The position numbers and the translations under genes are program-made. From Paraspadella gotoi (Eukaryota > Animalia > Chaetognatha), in contig CM119270.1 of the NCBI GenBank assembly GCA_051294375.1, forward strand, positions 5,154,152 to 5,218,151: a DNA stretch of 64,000 nucleotides, read 5' to 3'. Of the stretch, positions 27,821 to 41,692 are shown in pieces. The notes beneath the pieces were generated by a model that was given only the letters and a program-made list of their open reading frames with translations, did no database searches and was not told the origin of the DNA. The stretch's first letter is position 1, and each line of letters begins with the position of its first letter.

Positions 27821-29158
27821 AAGAAGAGAGAGAAGAGGCTCACCTTCGCTCATTCCATAATTAGATTCTTTTCCTTTCTGTATAAATCTTCTTCTTTTTC
27901 GTTTTAAACTTTCTTTTTCTCTTTCATATTTTCTTTGTCAATAATACAAGAACCGAACATTTGCTCCGAATTAAGAACGCAGTCGGCACAAAGCTTCAAG
28001 GAGAGAGAGAGAGAGAGTCATCAAAGACGGTACCATACGCTATTATCATCGCGCGCGCAAAAATGCGGGCGAAGCGTGTCGGAGAAATCATTGGAACACG
28101 ACGACGACTATCACGACGACGACTATCACGACGACGATGACGACGACGACGGCGAGGGGTTAAAATATTTTAGATATATTTGATTTAATTAATTTTCTAT
28201 TTATTTTTTTTACAAAATTACCTGACTGAAAAGACAATCTCTCGATTTCAAAGCCATTTTGGTAAAATTACCCACATTTTCGCTGTCATCTATTTTCGTT
28301 CGCTTCGCCCTGAAATTAACGCCCTCTTTTGGAAGCAGAGGTTTTTAAAATTTGCGTTCTAAAGAATCCATTGCTAATCATACAATGAGTTCAAAAGTGT
28401 CCATGCTTTTGAACTTGTATTTAACTCGGGATTACTGTAATATGTAAATTAAATTTTGCGTTGGATTTTTAACAGAAAGGGACTAATTCAAAACCCAGAC
28501 GGGGGGTTGCTTGCAGAAAAAGAGAGAAGGAACCGAAAAAGAAGAAGAGGAGAGAGGAGAGAAATGAGAGAAGAGAGAGAGAGAGAGAGTTTGCGCTTTT
28601 GTTATTGATCAAGATATCGATTTCGCCGCCAAAGTGTAGATAAGAAATTATACCAGAGCAAGAGAGAGACGACGACGATGACGACGTATGAAAAAATACT
28701 TAATCTAAAAAAGAGAACTTAAATATTATTAACAACTAAAACACCAACATAGAATCGCCTTTTTCCCCCGTTCGCCATTAGGTTTAAAACACGAACTTAC
28801 CCAATTCCTTCTCGCACTTACCCTCGCCACCCTTCAACAGTCGATCGCCCTTCCCTTTTCCTCACCCTGCAGAGATCCCTAACCAACTCGATCCTCCTGC
28901 AGGCGAAATGAGGCAACCTCCTCCCCCCCTCCGCCCGCCTCCATCGTTGACCCTCCCTCCTGCCGAGCGCTTCACTCGGGCAGCCCTCTCTCTTTTTTTT
29001 AGGGAAGGCGGCAGTAGGGCATCGGGCATCCCCCCCCATTTTTTTTTAGCCGGGCATCCTTCTCCTCGGTCGACGCTAACAAAACATCGAAGGGAGAAAA
29101 TCGAGGCGATTTTTTGGTCACTTTTTTTCGCCAAGAAAAACAAAAACCGCGTCCTCAC

Positions 29159-29205
<47 letters not shown>

Positions 29206-30413
29206 CCTCTCTCTTCTTCTTTCTCTCTTCTCTGTCTCTCTCCTCCTCTTCCTCTGCCGCCACCCACCCGTGGCCGCCCTCCCATCATATTAAAAGGGCT
29301 GTTTCCTTTCAACGTACGTTCAATCAAAGCTTTCCTTTCTATCTCTTTTTTTTTTTATTCTTTACTCTCCTCCTCTCTCTCCTTTCTCTCCTCCTCGCTC
29401 CTCATCTCTCTCTCTCTCTCTCCCGTTTCTCTCTCTCTCCCAATCCGTAAGACTTCACATCTGAATCAACACTTGGTTCGTTTTTGAAGAGCGATAATGT
29501 TGTTGACAAAAACGAAGAGAAACTACAAGAACAACAACAGCAATAACATAAAAAAAAACTATGACAGCAGGATCGCAAGTTAACGTTAGGATCGAAAGGA
29601 TCTTGTTATGATTGAATATTTGGAAAAAAATAGGGAATTTGCATGAGGTAAAGTTTTCTTCACTCATTTACAGCAAGCATCTTTAGAGAACTTTTCCGTA
29701 GAACAAGATTATAGCATTTATGCTCTTGGTTTAATCGAAAATACGAAAGAGATATGACAAGTTCGAAAATAAAAAAATTATCATTAATTTGATGGATTAA
29801 TTATGAGTATAAATATATTATATATACGTATTCTATTGAAACATTTTCTGTCAGATACAATACAAATACATAATATTCAGACCCAATCTTTCGGCTGCAC
29901 ATCAGATATACTTCTCTTACCTAAGAGAATCGGTTTAATTAATTTTAATAACACAATAATAGTTTCTTGTAGGCTGTTGTTTTGTTTACTTTCATAACTG
30001 AAAAAGACTTAAAACTAATGAGTTTAAACGACGAAAATTTTTGGCTTTTTATTTCCATTTCGAATAAATCATCTAATGATATCATCATATCGCTATCATC
30101 TCACGACATCATTTTCTTTCCGATCTCCGACGAAAAATAGGGGTAAAGGAAAAATAAGCCTGGCTGCCAAAAACCCTCCACCCCATACTCCATTCCCCGC
30201 CCCCGAAACGTGCCCGACGGGCTACAATGACTACATCTCCATCTCGCCCGCCACGAAGAAAATCGTGCTCGCCGTGTCAGACGCCCGGTCGAACCCGACG
30301 AAGAGACGAGACGAAATCTATGATGTAGCGATTCCCTGGACGGAAGTGAAATCCCAGATTCGGATCTCGCCCGCGTAGATCTGGAGCCAATTCGGTCAAT
30401 CGACGTCCCCCCC

Positions 30414-30553
30414 CACTATAAGAGCTTAGTAGGGTGGATGACGGAAAATATCACAGGGCCTCGCTATCGAGCCAGAACGACTACACTATAAGAGCTTAGT
30501 AGGGTGGATGACGGAAAATATCACAGGGCCTCGCTATCGAGCCAGAACGACTA
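30414..30553 (+). repeat. Perfect 2 x 70-bp tandem repeat
   Basis: Unit cactataagagcttagtagggtggatgacggaaaatatcacagggcctcgctatcgagccagaacgacta occurs twice. Also present, noisier and inverted, at about 12590-12732. Confidence 0.9.
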
Positions 30554-33496
30554 TAGTCGGTGCCCCCCTCTCGTCATCTCCCCCACCCCCTGGGTCAGCA
30601 CGGACCCATCCGCCTTCACGCGTTCATTGCGACCCCTTTTTTCAATGTCCAATTTCAATGTCCAATGTCCAATTGTCACTTCACAGGCTCAAATGCCATC
30701 GCTCATACAACAGTTTCATTTCGTATAGTCTCAAATACGGGGGCCCTTTAACTTTAAGACAGCCCCATACTCTCATAGCCCAATCAAATCACCCCCATAC
30801 ATCCCTCACACTCCCTCGCATACTTCTTTTGGATCCACACTCCCAGTTCTTTTCCCAACCCATGGGGCCGCTCTCATTTTCGCCCTCGTACTCATGTTTG
30901 GATTTTGACCGCGGGTTAACCCATCTTCTCTTTTTATAAACTACATCCGCCTTCTATCATCGCTTAATATAAATTGTTTTAGTTTTAGTTTTAGTTGCCC
31001 TGTTTTAACATTTTGATTATTCACCAAATTGTACTCGATACTAAATAGTACAAAATTAATACAAAGGTACAATAAATCAATGGCAAATAATCAAAATTCT
31101 AAATCTACTCTCCTACTAATTAAATAATTACGCTCTCTAGTTAATATTCTCTCATACTTTAAAACTCTCGTTCGCTTGCTTTTTCTCTCTTCCTTCCGAC
31201 TTTCCCCTATACTTGGTTTTTCATTTGCCAATATATTCTCCTGCGGGGGACTTTCCCCGAATCGGCCTTTATTTTTCCCTCTCTTGCTAGCTTGCAAGCA
31301 ATTCCCCTCTTTGCTTGCTCCTAATTCTCACATTTCTCTGCCCCGAATCTCCGCCCCATCGATGGACTTGGACGCCGACCGCTGAGGATCTGACCCGATT
31401 CGCTCGACCCTCGTCGATGCTCCGATTGCGAGGGACAACAACAACGACAACAGCAACGACGGACAATTCCTGCCGGGAAAGATGCGACTGCTGATGTAAT
31501 CTCTGATGCAAGGGAAGATGTGATCAACTAATCATGGCTGAAATGAATAGCGAAATAAGAATTGCTTACAATTAGAGCTAGTAGGTCTACCAGTTCATGA
31601 CAAAAGTAACAATTTACTCACGAAATCTATTAATTTTATCTTTTAACCTGGCAACGAAGGAAAAAAAAATATTCAAAATATCAAATCCGGAAAAAGAAAA
31701 ACGACGCATCGTATGCAATACATAAAAGTAAAAATAAAATAATCACTTTTTAATATTTCTGTTCCAACAGACTTTAAATTGGTTCTTTTTTTTCCCCAAA
31801 AAAAGGAAAAAGGAGAAAGGAAGGAAAAATTCTGAAAGAAAAAAAAAAGGAAGAAAAAAGGAAAAGTTTCGAGTTACCAAAATCTTCTGATCGACCAAAC
31901 AGATTCGAAATTCGCCTTGTATTTTTTTTTCTTTCGAACCAACTGGTGATTCAGATGGCAATAGATGGCAATAAAGGACGATATTTGATGGCGATCGATG
32001 GCAATTGAAGTGCGATTAAAGGGGCGGAGGAGAATCAGTTATGGATGCGGTTTTTTTTTTTGTATTTATCGTTGATCGCTGGGCCGGTTCTTCTATTTCC
32101 CTGAGAATCGCGTTCTGTACCTCGGAATTGTGTCACGCAATTGTCACTGGGCTGTCACGTCGATGTCACGGACTTGTCGAGGAAACGGAAACGTGGCATC
32201 AATGGAAATTGGAAACCTTGCGGCGTAAAACAAAAGGGACAATAGAAGATTTCGCTTCGTTGAGGTGGAACTTTTGAAGGCCGAAAATTTTTTTTTATAA
32301 ATCTCGCTACTACTAAGATTTGAGTGAGATTTTTTTTGTGTGTCTAAAAAAAGATAAGTTTTTCTAAAAAAAATATTTCTTTGTTACATATTTTTAAGAT
32401 CTAAATACGAAACATTTAATTGTAAAACCTCAGGTAATATGTTAAATGGAAATTCAACTACGACTATTGTTTGAATGCAATGTTGTATTAGGTATTATAC
32501 TTAATTTTTTTAAAAATTCACTAAGAATTTTAATATAAAACGCAACTATTATTAAACATTATTCAAAACATTATCAAATGTTATTCATAACCGACAATGG
32601 CTGGCTTTACGTCCTACGTCGTTCTGCATCGGACTGAAAAATACGGAGATTAAGAAGAGAAGAGAAAGAGACGAGAGGGGAAGAAGAAGGAAGGAGGGAG
32701 ACGAGAGAGAGAGAGATGAGAGAGAGAGCTGGACGAGAGAGAGACAGAGAGAGAGAGAGACTTATGAATGTTAATCAGTTGCAAACAAGAGCGAACGAGA
32801 AAGAGAGAAATCCGTTGGAAGATAAGCAAAAAATAAAAGTAGGAGAAAAGTAGAGAAAAGTAAGGAGACCTAGTTGAGTGTTTGTCGAGTGAGATTGCTC
32901 GTCCCGGGAATCCTCCTTCGAGAAATCGACAATGCTTAACTAATTTTATATTAGAATTTAAAAAAATAAGGTCGTGGCAAAGCAAATGAAAAAGATCTAA
33001 TATTGATATGAAATGAGACGGAATCGTTCTGACAAACATTGGTTTACGAACCATAGATATTTTAAAAAAGAAATAGATAAAGATAATGAATAAATAATTA
33101 ATAAATATAATAATTTTTTTTAGAAACGACGAGACGCTTTTCTGTTTTGACAACCGACCATTCGTCGCCTTCGAACGAAAAGAGCTCCAAGTCCGAATCT
33201 GACTTTGAGAAATAAACATCAATGAAAATAAATATCAACATTTCTCGGTTCAAGTTCAAGTTTGACTTTGATAAAAAAAAAAAATAACAAAAGACGAACG
33301 ACGTCGATTTAAGTTTCTCTGACAAAAAAACAAACGAACAATTTTGACGCATATTTTCCCCCTTTTTTGTTTTGTCTATAATAAAAAAATGTTTCTTTTT
33401 TATTTTTCAAATCCGCGTTGACAGACATTATTATTTTCGCGTAGTTCTCCTTCCTCAAATGATATAAACAAACGAGAAAATTGTTTTTTTTTCAGT

Positions 33497-33705
33497 TGAC
33501 GTCAAAGACATTACGTTAGTTTTGATGACGAAAATGACAGAGAATGCTGATGACATCGAAGAGATGACAGACATTAGAGGTCAAAGGTCAAATGTTTATT
33601 TTAAAGAAGGCGTCGAACTGACAATTTAAACTCGACTTGGGGTCCTGGGGGGGGCGGTTATTTCTTATTGAGATTGGAATCGACATTAACTGTTTCTATT
33701 TTTAG
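33497..33705. promoter_or_regulatory. Enhancer-like motif cluster (CRE, DR1, MEF2); twin at about 9350-9560
   Basis: TGACGTCA at 33497-33504, AGGTCAAAGGTCA at 33578-33590, CTATTTTTAG at 33696-33705, plus several TGACA(G) motifs. Confidence 0.35.
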
Positions 33706-34491
33706 TCTGTTTCTGCTACGTTTTTTTTTTCTGAACAATGTTTGTGACATGAACGGTTTCGGTGTCGCTGACATCGCGTCGGCGTCATAAAGGAAAAAAA
33801 TAAAGTCTCGAAATCGTGCGGCTTAATCTTCTGATTGTCCCACGATTAATATCTGTGTCTGACATCATCGATTCATAACCATGGTATCTTGGTCAAATTA
33901 ACGCGAGTGGGAGAAAGAGAAAAGTTGTGGAATAGCGAGGGGAGAAGAATAAAATTTAAATGAACAAAATGGACTAAATAGACAAAAGGGACAAAAAAAA
34001 GAGAGGGAGAGAGAGAAATACACGCATGAAAGTTGATAAAAAAGGGAAAGAGAAAAATAAAAAAGGAAAAGAGGCAACAAAAAAGCGAATGGGAGGATTT
34101 GCCAAAAGGACTTTGGCCGCTCTCTCTCTCTCTCTCTCAATCACTCTCTTTAAAAGCCTTAAAAAATATATAAAAAGAGGGAAAGCATTCAGTGGAAGCC
34201 TCGAGCCCCGAATGAAAAGCCTTTTTCATAGAGGACCCCGAAATTTGAGGGACGTTGGACCGGACGGCCGCGGGAGCCGACGAGGCTCGCCCGTCCCGGC
34301 TGGAGGACGAGGGCCGCCCCTATGGTGCCGGGCAGCGGGGAAAGGGCGCCTTTATAATGGCGCGAGGCTCTCGGAGGCTGCGGCGGAGGCGGAGGCGGCG
34401 CGGGCGGCGGCAGAAGCGGCGCACAAGGTCGGTTCTTTCATAAATGGAGGTGAAAAAAAAAAGATAGAATTAAAAAAAGAAAGTTTTGGGG

Positions 34492-34609
<118 letters not shown>

Positions 34610-36084
34610 AAAAGGGGAAACGTGAAAGGAAATCTTGATGAAGTTTTCGCGGATGAAAAGAAAAATGAGAAAAAAATTTCCTAACGGAGGTCAATGAGAA
34701 AAAATACCTCTCGGCCTTTTCACACGGATGTCTCTCACTCTCTCTCGCTTTTAGACTTCTTCTCTCGCTCTCTCTCTCTCTCTGACTAGACCCTCCTTTC
34801 CTTTCTGCTTAATCCAAGAGTTATCCTAGTTTCATCGCCCCTGTTTTTTTACGAGACAAAAGTCTCTTTTCTCGTTATATGCAATTCTTTCACTTTTTTA
34901 ACTTCTAGTCTAAATTTAATACGCATAGGATTTGGCTTTAATTAAACGAATCGAATTTGATATAAACGGGCATATTGCCAATTATAGATTCAGTCGGTCG
35001 GACCAGCGAACAAAGCCTTCTTTAATTATTAAAGATTAACTTTTAGGATTAGAAGTTAGGGTTAAAGATTAGGGATAAGGGTTTAGGATTATGGTTCAGG
35101 ATTAGGTTAGGATTAAATATTAGGGTTAGGGATTAGGGTGAAGGATTGGTTTATGTGTTTAACAATCTATATAAATCAAATATTAAAACCTACAATAAAT
35201 TATAGGAAAGACGAACAGAAAAGGTGGCACTCATAGAAAAAAGTGCCAAAATCTTGAATTAAAGATCCTAAATAAAAAATAACAATAAAAAATAAAATTT
35301 AAAAATAAAATTAAGAAAATTTAAAAAAATATAATATATATATATATATTATAATTAAACATCTTACCGCTAAAATATCGTGGGCAGATCCGACATTGTT
35401 TGCTCAAACTTGTTTTAACTTTACTAGCTTGAATAAATCTACTTACGAAATCCAGCCAATTTGATGGCCAATATTTATTATGACTTTTCATTGACGGTTC
35501 CCGAAAAATACGAATATTCTTTGAATTAAATATGTATATATTATATATATATTATAGTCGAGATAGAATGCGATTTAAAAGTCATTATTCCTACTAGGAG
35601 CGTAGACAGAAGCGGTTTTTAGACTCATTCCTCGAAATTTACATTTTTACAACTAAAAATTAATGTTACAGCCTTTTTTCCCCTTCTATGTCTTTCGTTT
35701 AGCTAAATTAGTCCTGGCGATTACCCAAAATTGAATTAGTCGAGATAGATTAAATAACTGAAGTGAAAATAGCATCGAAAAACGTTCACCCACCGCCCCC
35801 CCCCCCACCGAGACGGAAAGGGGGGGGGACGAGGGACGAAGTTCACAAGAGGAAGAAGATCACCGTCGAAGCGTGAAGGGGTGGGGAAAGGAAAGGGGGT
35901 GGAGGAAAAAGGAAAAGGAAAGGGGGGGAGAGGTGAAAAGAAAATTGAGTGAGTGTTTGGAGGGAAGGAGAAATTGATGCGGTGAAAAGGGTAAGTTAAA
36001 ATCTAAGGAATGGGGAAAGGTGAGGTGAGGTGAAGTGACGAGAGGGAGCGAAAGATTGGATCCTTTAGAAGAGAAGAAACTTTT

Positions 36085-36342
36085 TTTCCGAGAGCGCTCT
36101 GTTTAGATTGCTAATCCTTGAACTTGATTTTAACCTTAATTACTAGTTATATTTTTTTTTAAAAAGTGTAACCCAAGCCTTATCTCTAACCCTAACCGAA
36201 TCCCTTATCTCTGACTTCATTGTTTAACCTTAAACCCTTTTCTTCAATCAAAACTCAATCCCTAATCTAAGCTTTAACTCTAACCAAAAACTAACCTAAA
36301 AAAAAATACTGAATTAAAGTTGAAATTGGGCGCTTTCGGAAA
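36085..36342. mobile_element. Putative MITE with about 13-bp TIRs and a degenerate (TAACCY)n core
   Basis: Left end TTTCCGAGAGCGC, right end GCGCTTTCGGAAA (12/13 inverted match). Its assembly twin is at about 6748-7010. Confidence 0.5.
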
Positions 36343-37076
36343 ANNNNNNNNNNNNNNNNNNNNNNNNNNNNNNNNNNNNNNNNNNNNNNNNNNNNNNNNN
36401 NNNNNNNNNNNNNNNNNNNNNNNNNNNNNNNNNNNNNNNNNNNNNNNNNNNNNNNNNNNNNNNNNNNNNNNNNNNNNNNNNNNNNNNNNNNNNNNNNNNN
36501 NNNNNNNNNNNNNNNNNNNNNNNNNNNNNNNNNNNNNNNNNNNNNNNNNNNNNNNNNNNNNNNNNNNNNNNNNNNNNNNNNNNNNNNNNNNNNNNNNNNN
36601 NNNNNNNNNNNNNNNNNNNNNNNNNNNNNNNNNNNNNNNNNNNNNNNNNNNNNNNNNNNNNNNNNNNNNNNNNNNNNNNNNNNNNNNNNNNNNNNNNNNN
36701 NNNNNNNNNNNNNNNNNNNNNNNNNNNNNNNNNNNNNNNNNNNNNNNNNNNNNNNNNNNNNNNNNNNNNNNNNNNNNNNNNNNNNNNNNNNNNNNNNGCT
36801 CTCATTCTTTCTTTCTTTTTTTTCATCCTCTTGCTCTCTCGTTCTCTTTTTTTACAAATAAGAATACAGAGTTCATCGAATATTGTGTCTTGAAACAGAG
36901 AACAATTTCAATCATCTTTTCTGACGTCAGAGAAAAAAAAAAAAAANNNNNNNNNNNNNNNNNNNNNNNNNNNNNNNNNNNNNNNNNNNNNNNNNNNNNN
37001 NNNNNNNNNNNNNNNNNNNNNNNNNNNNNNNNNNNNNNNNNNNNNNNNNNNNNNNNNNNNNNNNNNNNNNNNNNNN

Positions 37077-37110
<34 letters not shown>

Positions 37111-37346
37111 ATAGGGAAACGATTTTTAATTTCATAACTAATTTATATGCGCGAATGATGTTCAAATGCCCTTGATATCTTTTAGTTTGCGTAGCTTCGT
37201 CTCACAATGTTTATCAAATGTATGAAAAGGACAAATTAATAAAAATCCGTCGCCTCTTCGATCGGAATTTGAATATTCAGGTCAGTTGTGACAGTCAGCT
37301 GATTTTCACGAGGATTCACGCATCAATCACTCCGTCGCTCAATCTA

Positions 37347-37388
<42 letters not shown>

Positions 37389-38119
37389 TTCATTCCATAT
37401 TTGGATGCCATTCAGCTCATCTTTTGCAAAGATAACCTCAGCGGCGCCGGTGATTCAACTGTGGGAAGATTTTCGAGTCCAAGTTTAAATATAAAGAAGA
37501 CATGAAAAGAAAGAAGAGACGTAAAATTATAAACGAAAGAAAAGTTAATAAATAAAAAGTTTAATAGGATTTAAAGAAGGTATTTTTTTTTTTTTTTTGA
37601 ATGAGAAGAGACAAAGAGGGAATTTTAAGAATATCTCGGGCTAACGAGGTCTACGTAGGGTGTAGAAACGTTAACAAACAGACATAAAACTAACGGTAAA
37701 TCGAAAATTTGGGGGAAAAAAATCATTATGAATAAAATGACTAAAAAAGATCTTTCTTATTTTGAAGTCGTATAAGATTTAATCAACTTCTCCGTATTTC
37801 CTTTAGAAGCAACACAAGTTAAGAAAATATATTTTAGGGACTTATGTATTTTCTATACGGTCATTTTTTAAATTATTTAATTTAGCCTAAAAAATGCATA
37901 AAAAAAAAATAATTGTGCCCTCGGCGTTGACGGAAACACGGGGACCGGAGAGAATTTGAAATCCATTCAAGGATCTGGCGAAATTTCATGAAAACGGACC
38001 TCGGCCCCATGAGCAACGCCGAACCCATGGAACCGCGAGCAAATAAGAAGATGCCATTTAAATTCAAGGTTTAAGGGGAGAAAAAACTCTTTGTTTCCTT
38101 CTCTCTTTATTCATCCCCA

Positions 38120-38193
<74 letters not shown>

Positions 38194-41100
38194 TTCTTGT
38201 TTGTTGAAAGGCAGATTAAGAAATGGTCGATTTCTTTCTCTCACGTTTAGTTAGTTTGGTTTTTTTCTTTAATGTCATCCTTATCTTTTTTTTTTCTAAT
38301 TTTAAAATTTTAAATGACTAAACGAATAATTATTAATGTTTCACGACAATTATTATAAGGAATGCTTAGCCGCAAATTAAGTTAATTAAGTTAAATAAGG
38401 TAACATGAAAAAGTTTAAAACAAAAGCTTCACTGAAAATTCGAAACAAAAGATCAAAGTTTTTCTTTGAAAATGAAATCGTGATAAAAAACCAAAGAGGA
38501 AGTCACGTTCGTCCCAAATTCCAGCCTCGAATGTCGGCGCCGCATTTTTGCCCAGTGCGGTGCCGAAGCGTTTTGAATTCCGGCGCGGAGTTCTCCGGTT
38601 TTGCGGCGCTGATGTATTTGATCTAAATGATTCGGTTCGTTAACAAAAAAAAGTACAACAATAAGGTGAGAAAATTATGCGAGGCAGTATCATTTCAAAC
38701 ATCATTTGAATATTATAAAACAAAAGTAACCAAAGAAACTAAAAAAATTTTTAAGTATAAATCATCGTCACTAGAATAATTTTTAATGCTCTTGGCTGAA
38801 ATATAATTTAAAAAGGAGCAAAAATAAAAATTGCAAACCTCCTGTATTTTATTAAACACGATTCGAAACGTTCAAATTTTTATCTCATTCAAACAAAGGG
38901 GAAAAATTTAAATCAAATGTTTATTCAAAATGAAGATAACAGTTTTTTTTCACCCTTCACAGCAACTAGGGAGATAAACTGAGTTAAATCATAAACCGAG
39001 TCGACGTGATTTTGATGTGAATCACTTTTTTTTTCGCTGTGAATCACTCTCCCTCATTTATGCCCTTTGTTTATTTGGCTTATCGACGAAAACTGATCAC
39101 TCGTGAGAATTTTATGCAAGCGCCTTTTAAAATCATCTACATCTGAAAAAAAAAATTGATCAGAGTTTTCCCGAGGTAGCAAAATATGAAATGTGATTTG
39201 TTTATTTCTTCTTTTTTTTCCACGCGCAGTTAAGTTCTGTATCTATCTCTCTTTCTGTCCTTTTAAGCCTTCGTCAGTCTCTGCTTCATTTAATTCTCTT
39301 GTTCTTGTTCTTTCCCCTTCACTTACTCCTCTTCTCTTTCTCNNNNNNNNNNCTGTTTGTCTTCTCGACCAACAATATGACAAGAGACGTGGGGGCAACG
39401 ATATTTTCCTTTCTCCCTCCTGTCATATAATGAAGCGACGACGACGACAACAACAACGACGACGACAGCGGACAATAAAAAAAAAAAACTCTTCCCGACG
39501 ATGACGACGACGCAAACATTTAAATTTGAAAAGATCAGGTTCGTCGAGAGATTCGTCACTATCCGAGGGCGATGTGACGAGGTGGCGAGGTGGCGAGGTG
39601 GGCGTTGCGACGGATCAAGCGGGGATTTTGAAGGTGGTTTGGTGGAATGTGCNNNNNNNNNNAATATTTTAAATAAAGGTGGAAAGGTTGCTGGAAAGGT
39701 TGCTGATGTTGATGTTCAGGTTGTAGTTATCATTTCAGCTTGACCGGGAAAATTGTCTTGTCATATTTAAAAAAAAAAAAAAATTTATCGTATTTCTCAA
39801 ATTTGGTTCTGGTTTTGCCTCGAGCACATTTTCACAAAAGTTTGCAACAGTTTGGAGTTTGCCAAAAAAAAATTGATACTTTTTTCAAAAGCCGGTTTAA
39901 TCAACTGTGAGTAAATAACTGTATGTAAATAACTCTGGCAAGAATTCAAAAATCTGATTCTCCCTCTCATTTACATATTACAGTATTCACTTTTTATCCT
40001 TAATTATTAGTTAAACGCCCTTCGTTGGACCTATTGCTTGTTAAGATGACTGTTAATTGTTTTAATAGTGAACACTACATGCCTCTTCCTCTCCAATGTA
40101 AAGCTATCTTTATCGTTTGCTTGGTAAAATATCAATTTATAGTTTTAATCGTGAACACAAGATGCTTTTCCCTCTCGAAGGTAAAAGGTCTCTTTAACGG
40201 TTTCTTTTCAAGATTATTCTATTTCGATCTTTCCTGTGCATTGTCACTGTCATCGTGTTTTTTTTTTAATAAAAGAAAAAACAATCTCTCCTGACTTATC
40301 TTACGGTAGTCATTTTTAAGCTAAAAGAAACGTCATCGTAAATCTGTNNNNNNNNNNNNNNNNNNNNNNNNNNNNNNNNNNNNNNNNNNNNNNNNNNNNN
40401 NNNNNNNNNNNNNNNNNNNNNNNNNNNNNNNNNNNNNNNNNNNNNNNNNNNNNNNNNNNNNNNNNNNNNNNNNNNNNNNNNNNNNNNNNNNNNNNNNNNN
40501 NNNNNNNNNNNNNNNNNNNNNNNNNNNNNNNNNNNNNNNNNNNNNNNNNNNNNNNNNNNNNNNNNNNNNNNNNNNNNNNNNNNNNNNNNNNNNNNNNNNN
40601 NNNNNNNNNNNNNNNNNNNNNNNNNNNNNNNNNNNNNNNNNNNNNNNNNNNNNNNNNNNNNNNNNNNNNNNNNNNNNNNNNNNNNNNNNNNNNNNNNNNN
40701 NNNNNNNNNNNNNNNNNNNNNNNNNNNNNNNNNNNNNNNNNNNNNNNNNNNNNNNNNNNNNNNNNNNNNNNNNNNNNNNNNNNNNNNNNNNNNNNNNNNN
40801 NNNNNNNNNNNNNNNNNNNNNNNNNNNNNNNNNNNNNNNNNNNNNNNNNNNNNNNNNNNNNNNNNNNNNNNNNNNNNNNNNNNNNNNNNNNNNNNNNNNN
40901 NNNNNNNNNNNNNNNNNNNNNNNNNNNNNNNNNNNNNNNNNNNNNNNNNNNNNNNNNNNNNNNNNNNNNNNNNNNNNNNNNNNNNNNNNNNNNNNNNNNN
41001 NNNNNNNNNNNNNNNNNNNNNNNNNNNNNNNNNNNNNNNNNNNNNNNNNNNNNNNNNNNNNNNNNNNNNNNNNNNNNNNNNNNNNNNNNNNNNNNNNNNN

Positions 41101-41458
41101 NNNNNNNNNNNNNNNNNNNNNNNNNNNNNNNNNNNNNNNNNNNNNNNNNNNNNNNNNNNNNNNNNNNNNNNNNNNNNNNNNNNNNNNNNNNNNNNNNNNN
41201 NNNNNNNNNNNNNNNNNNNNACGACGACGACGACGACGGAGACGACGACGACGACGACGGTGGTTGTTGTTGTTGTTGTGGTCGTGTTAGTGGTTGCAAC
41301 AGTAGTGGTGATTATCGTGATTATCGTCGACCGTGATTAGAGTGGCTGTCTCGTCGGTGATACCTATTTTTATTGTACATTGTAACTTGCCCAGCATTCA
41401 ATATTTTCTAAAAGTGAAATGGTGATCTTGTACTGAATCCTGAAATAAATTGGCTCTC

Positions 41459-41692
41459 TTTTCACTGAGCGCTCCGTTTCTCTTTCTAATCCCTAACCCT
41501 AATCACTAGAATAATCCCCAACCATAATCATTAACATAATCATTCATCTAAACCTTAACCCTAACCTCTAACCTAAACCCTAACCTTTAACCTTAACCCT
41601 AACCCTAACCTCCAACCTTAACCCAAACCTCTAACCTTAACCCAAACCTCTAACCTTCTAAATTTAAAATTAAATGTGGCGTTCTGGGAAAA
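41459..41692. mobile_element. Second, diverged member of the same putative MITE family
   Basis: Left end ttttcactgagcgctccgttt, core of TAACCC/TAACCT repeats, right end ttaaatgtggcgttctgggaaaa. Same architecture as 36085-36342 but in unrelated flanks. Confidence 0.45.

Noticed and set aside
30414-30553. CRISPR-like repeat
   Set aside because: Two abutting 70-bp units with no spacers, no cas genes and a eukaryotic context.
41490-41660. True telomere or chromosome fusion site
   Set aside because: Short, degenerate, single orientation, and bounded by ends shared with another dispersed copy.
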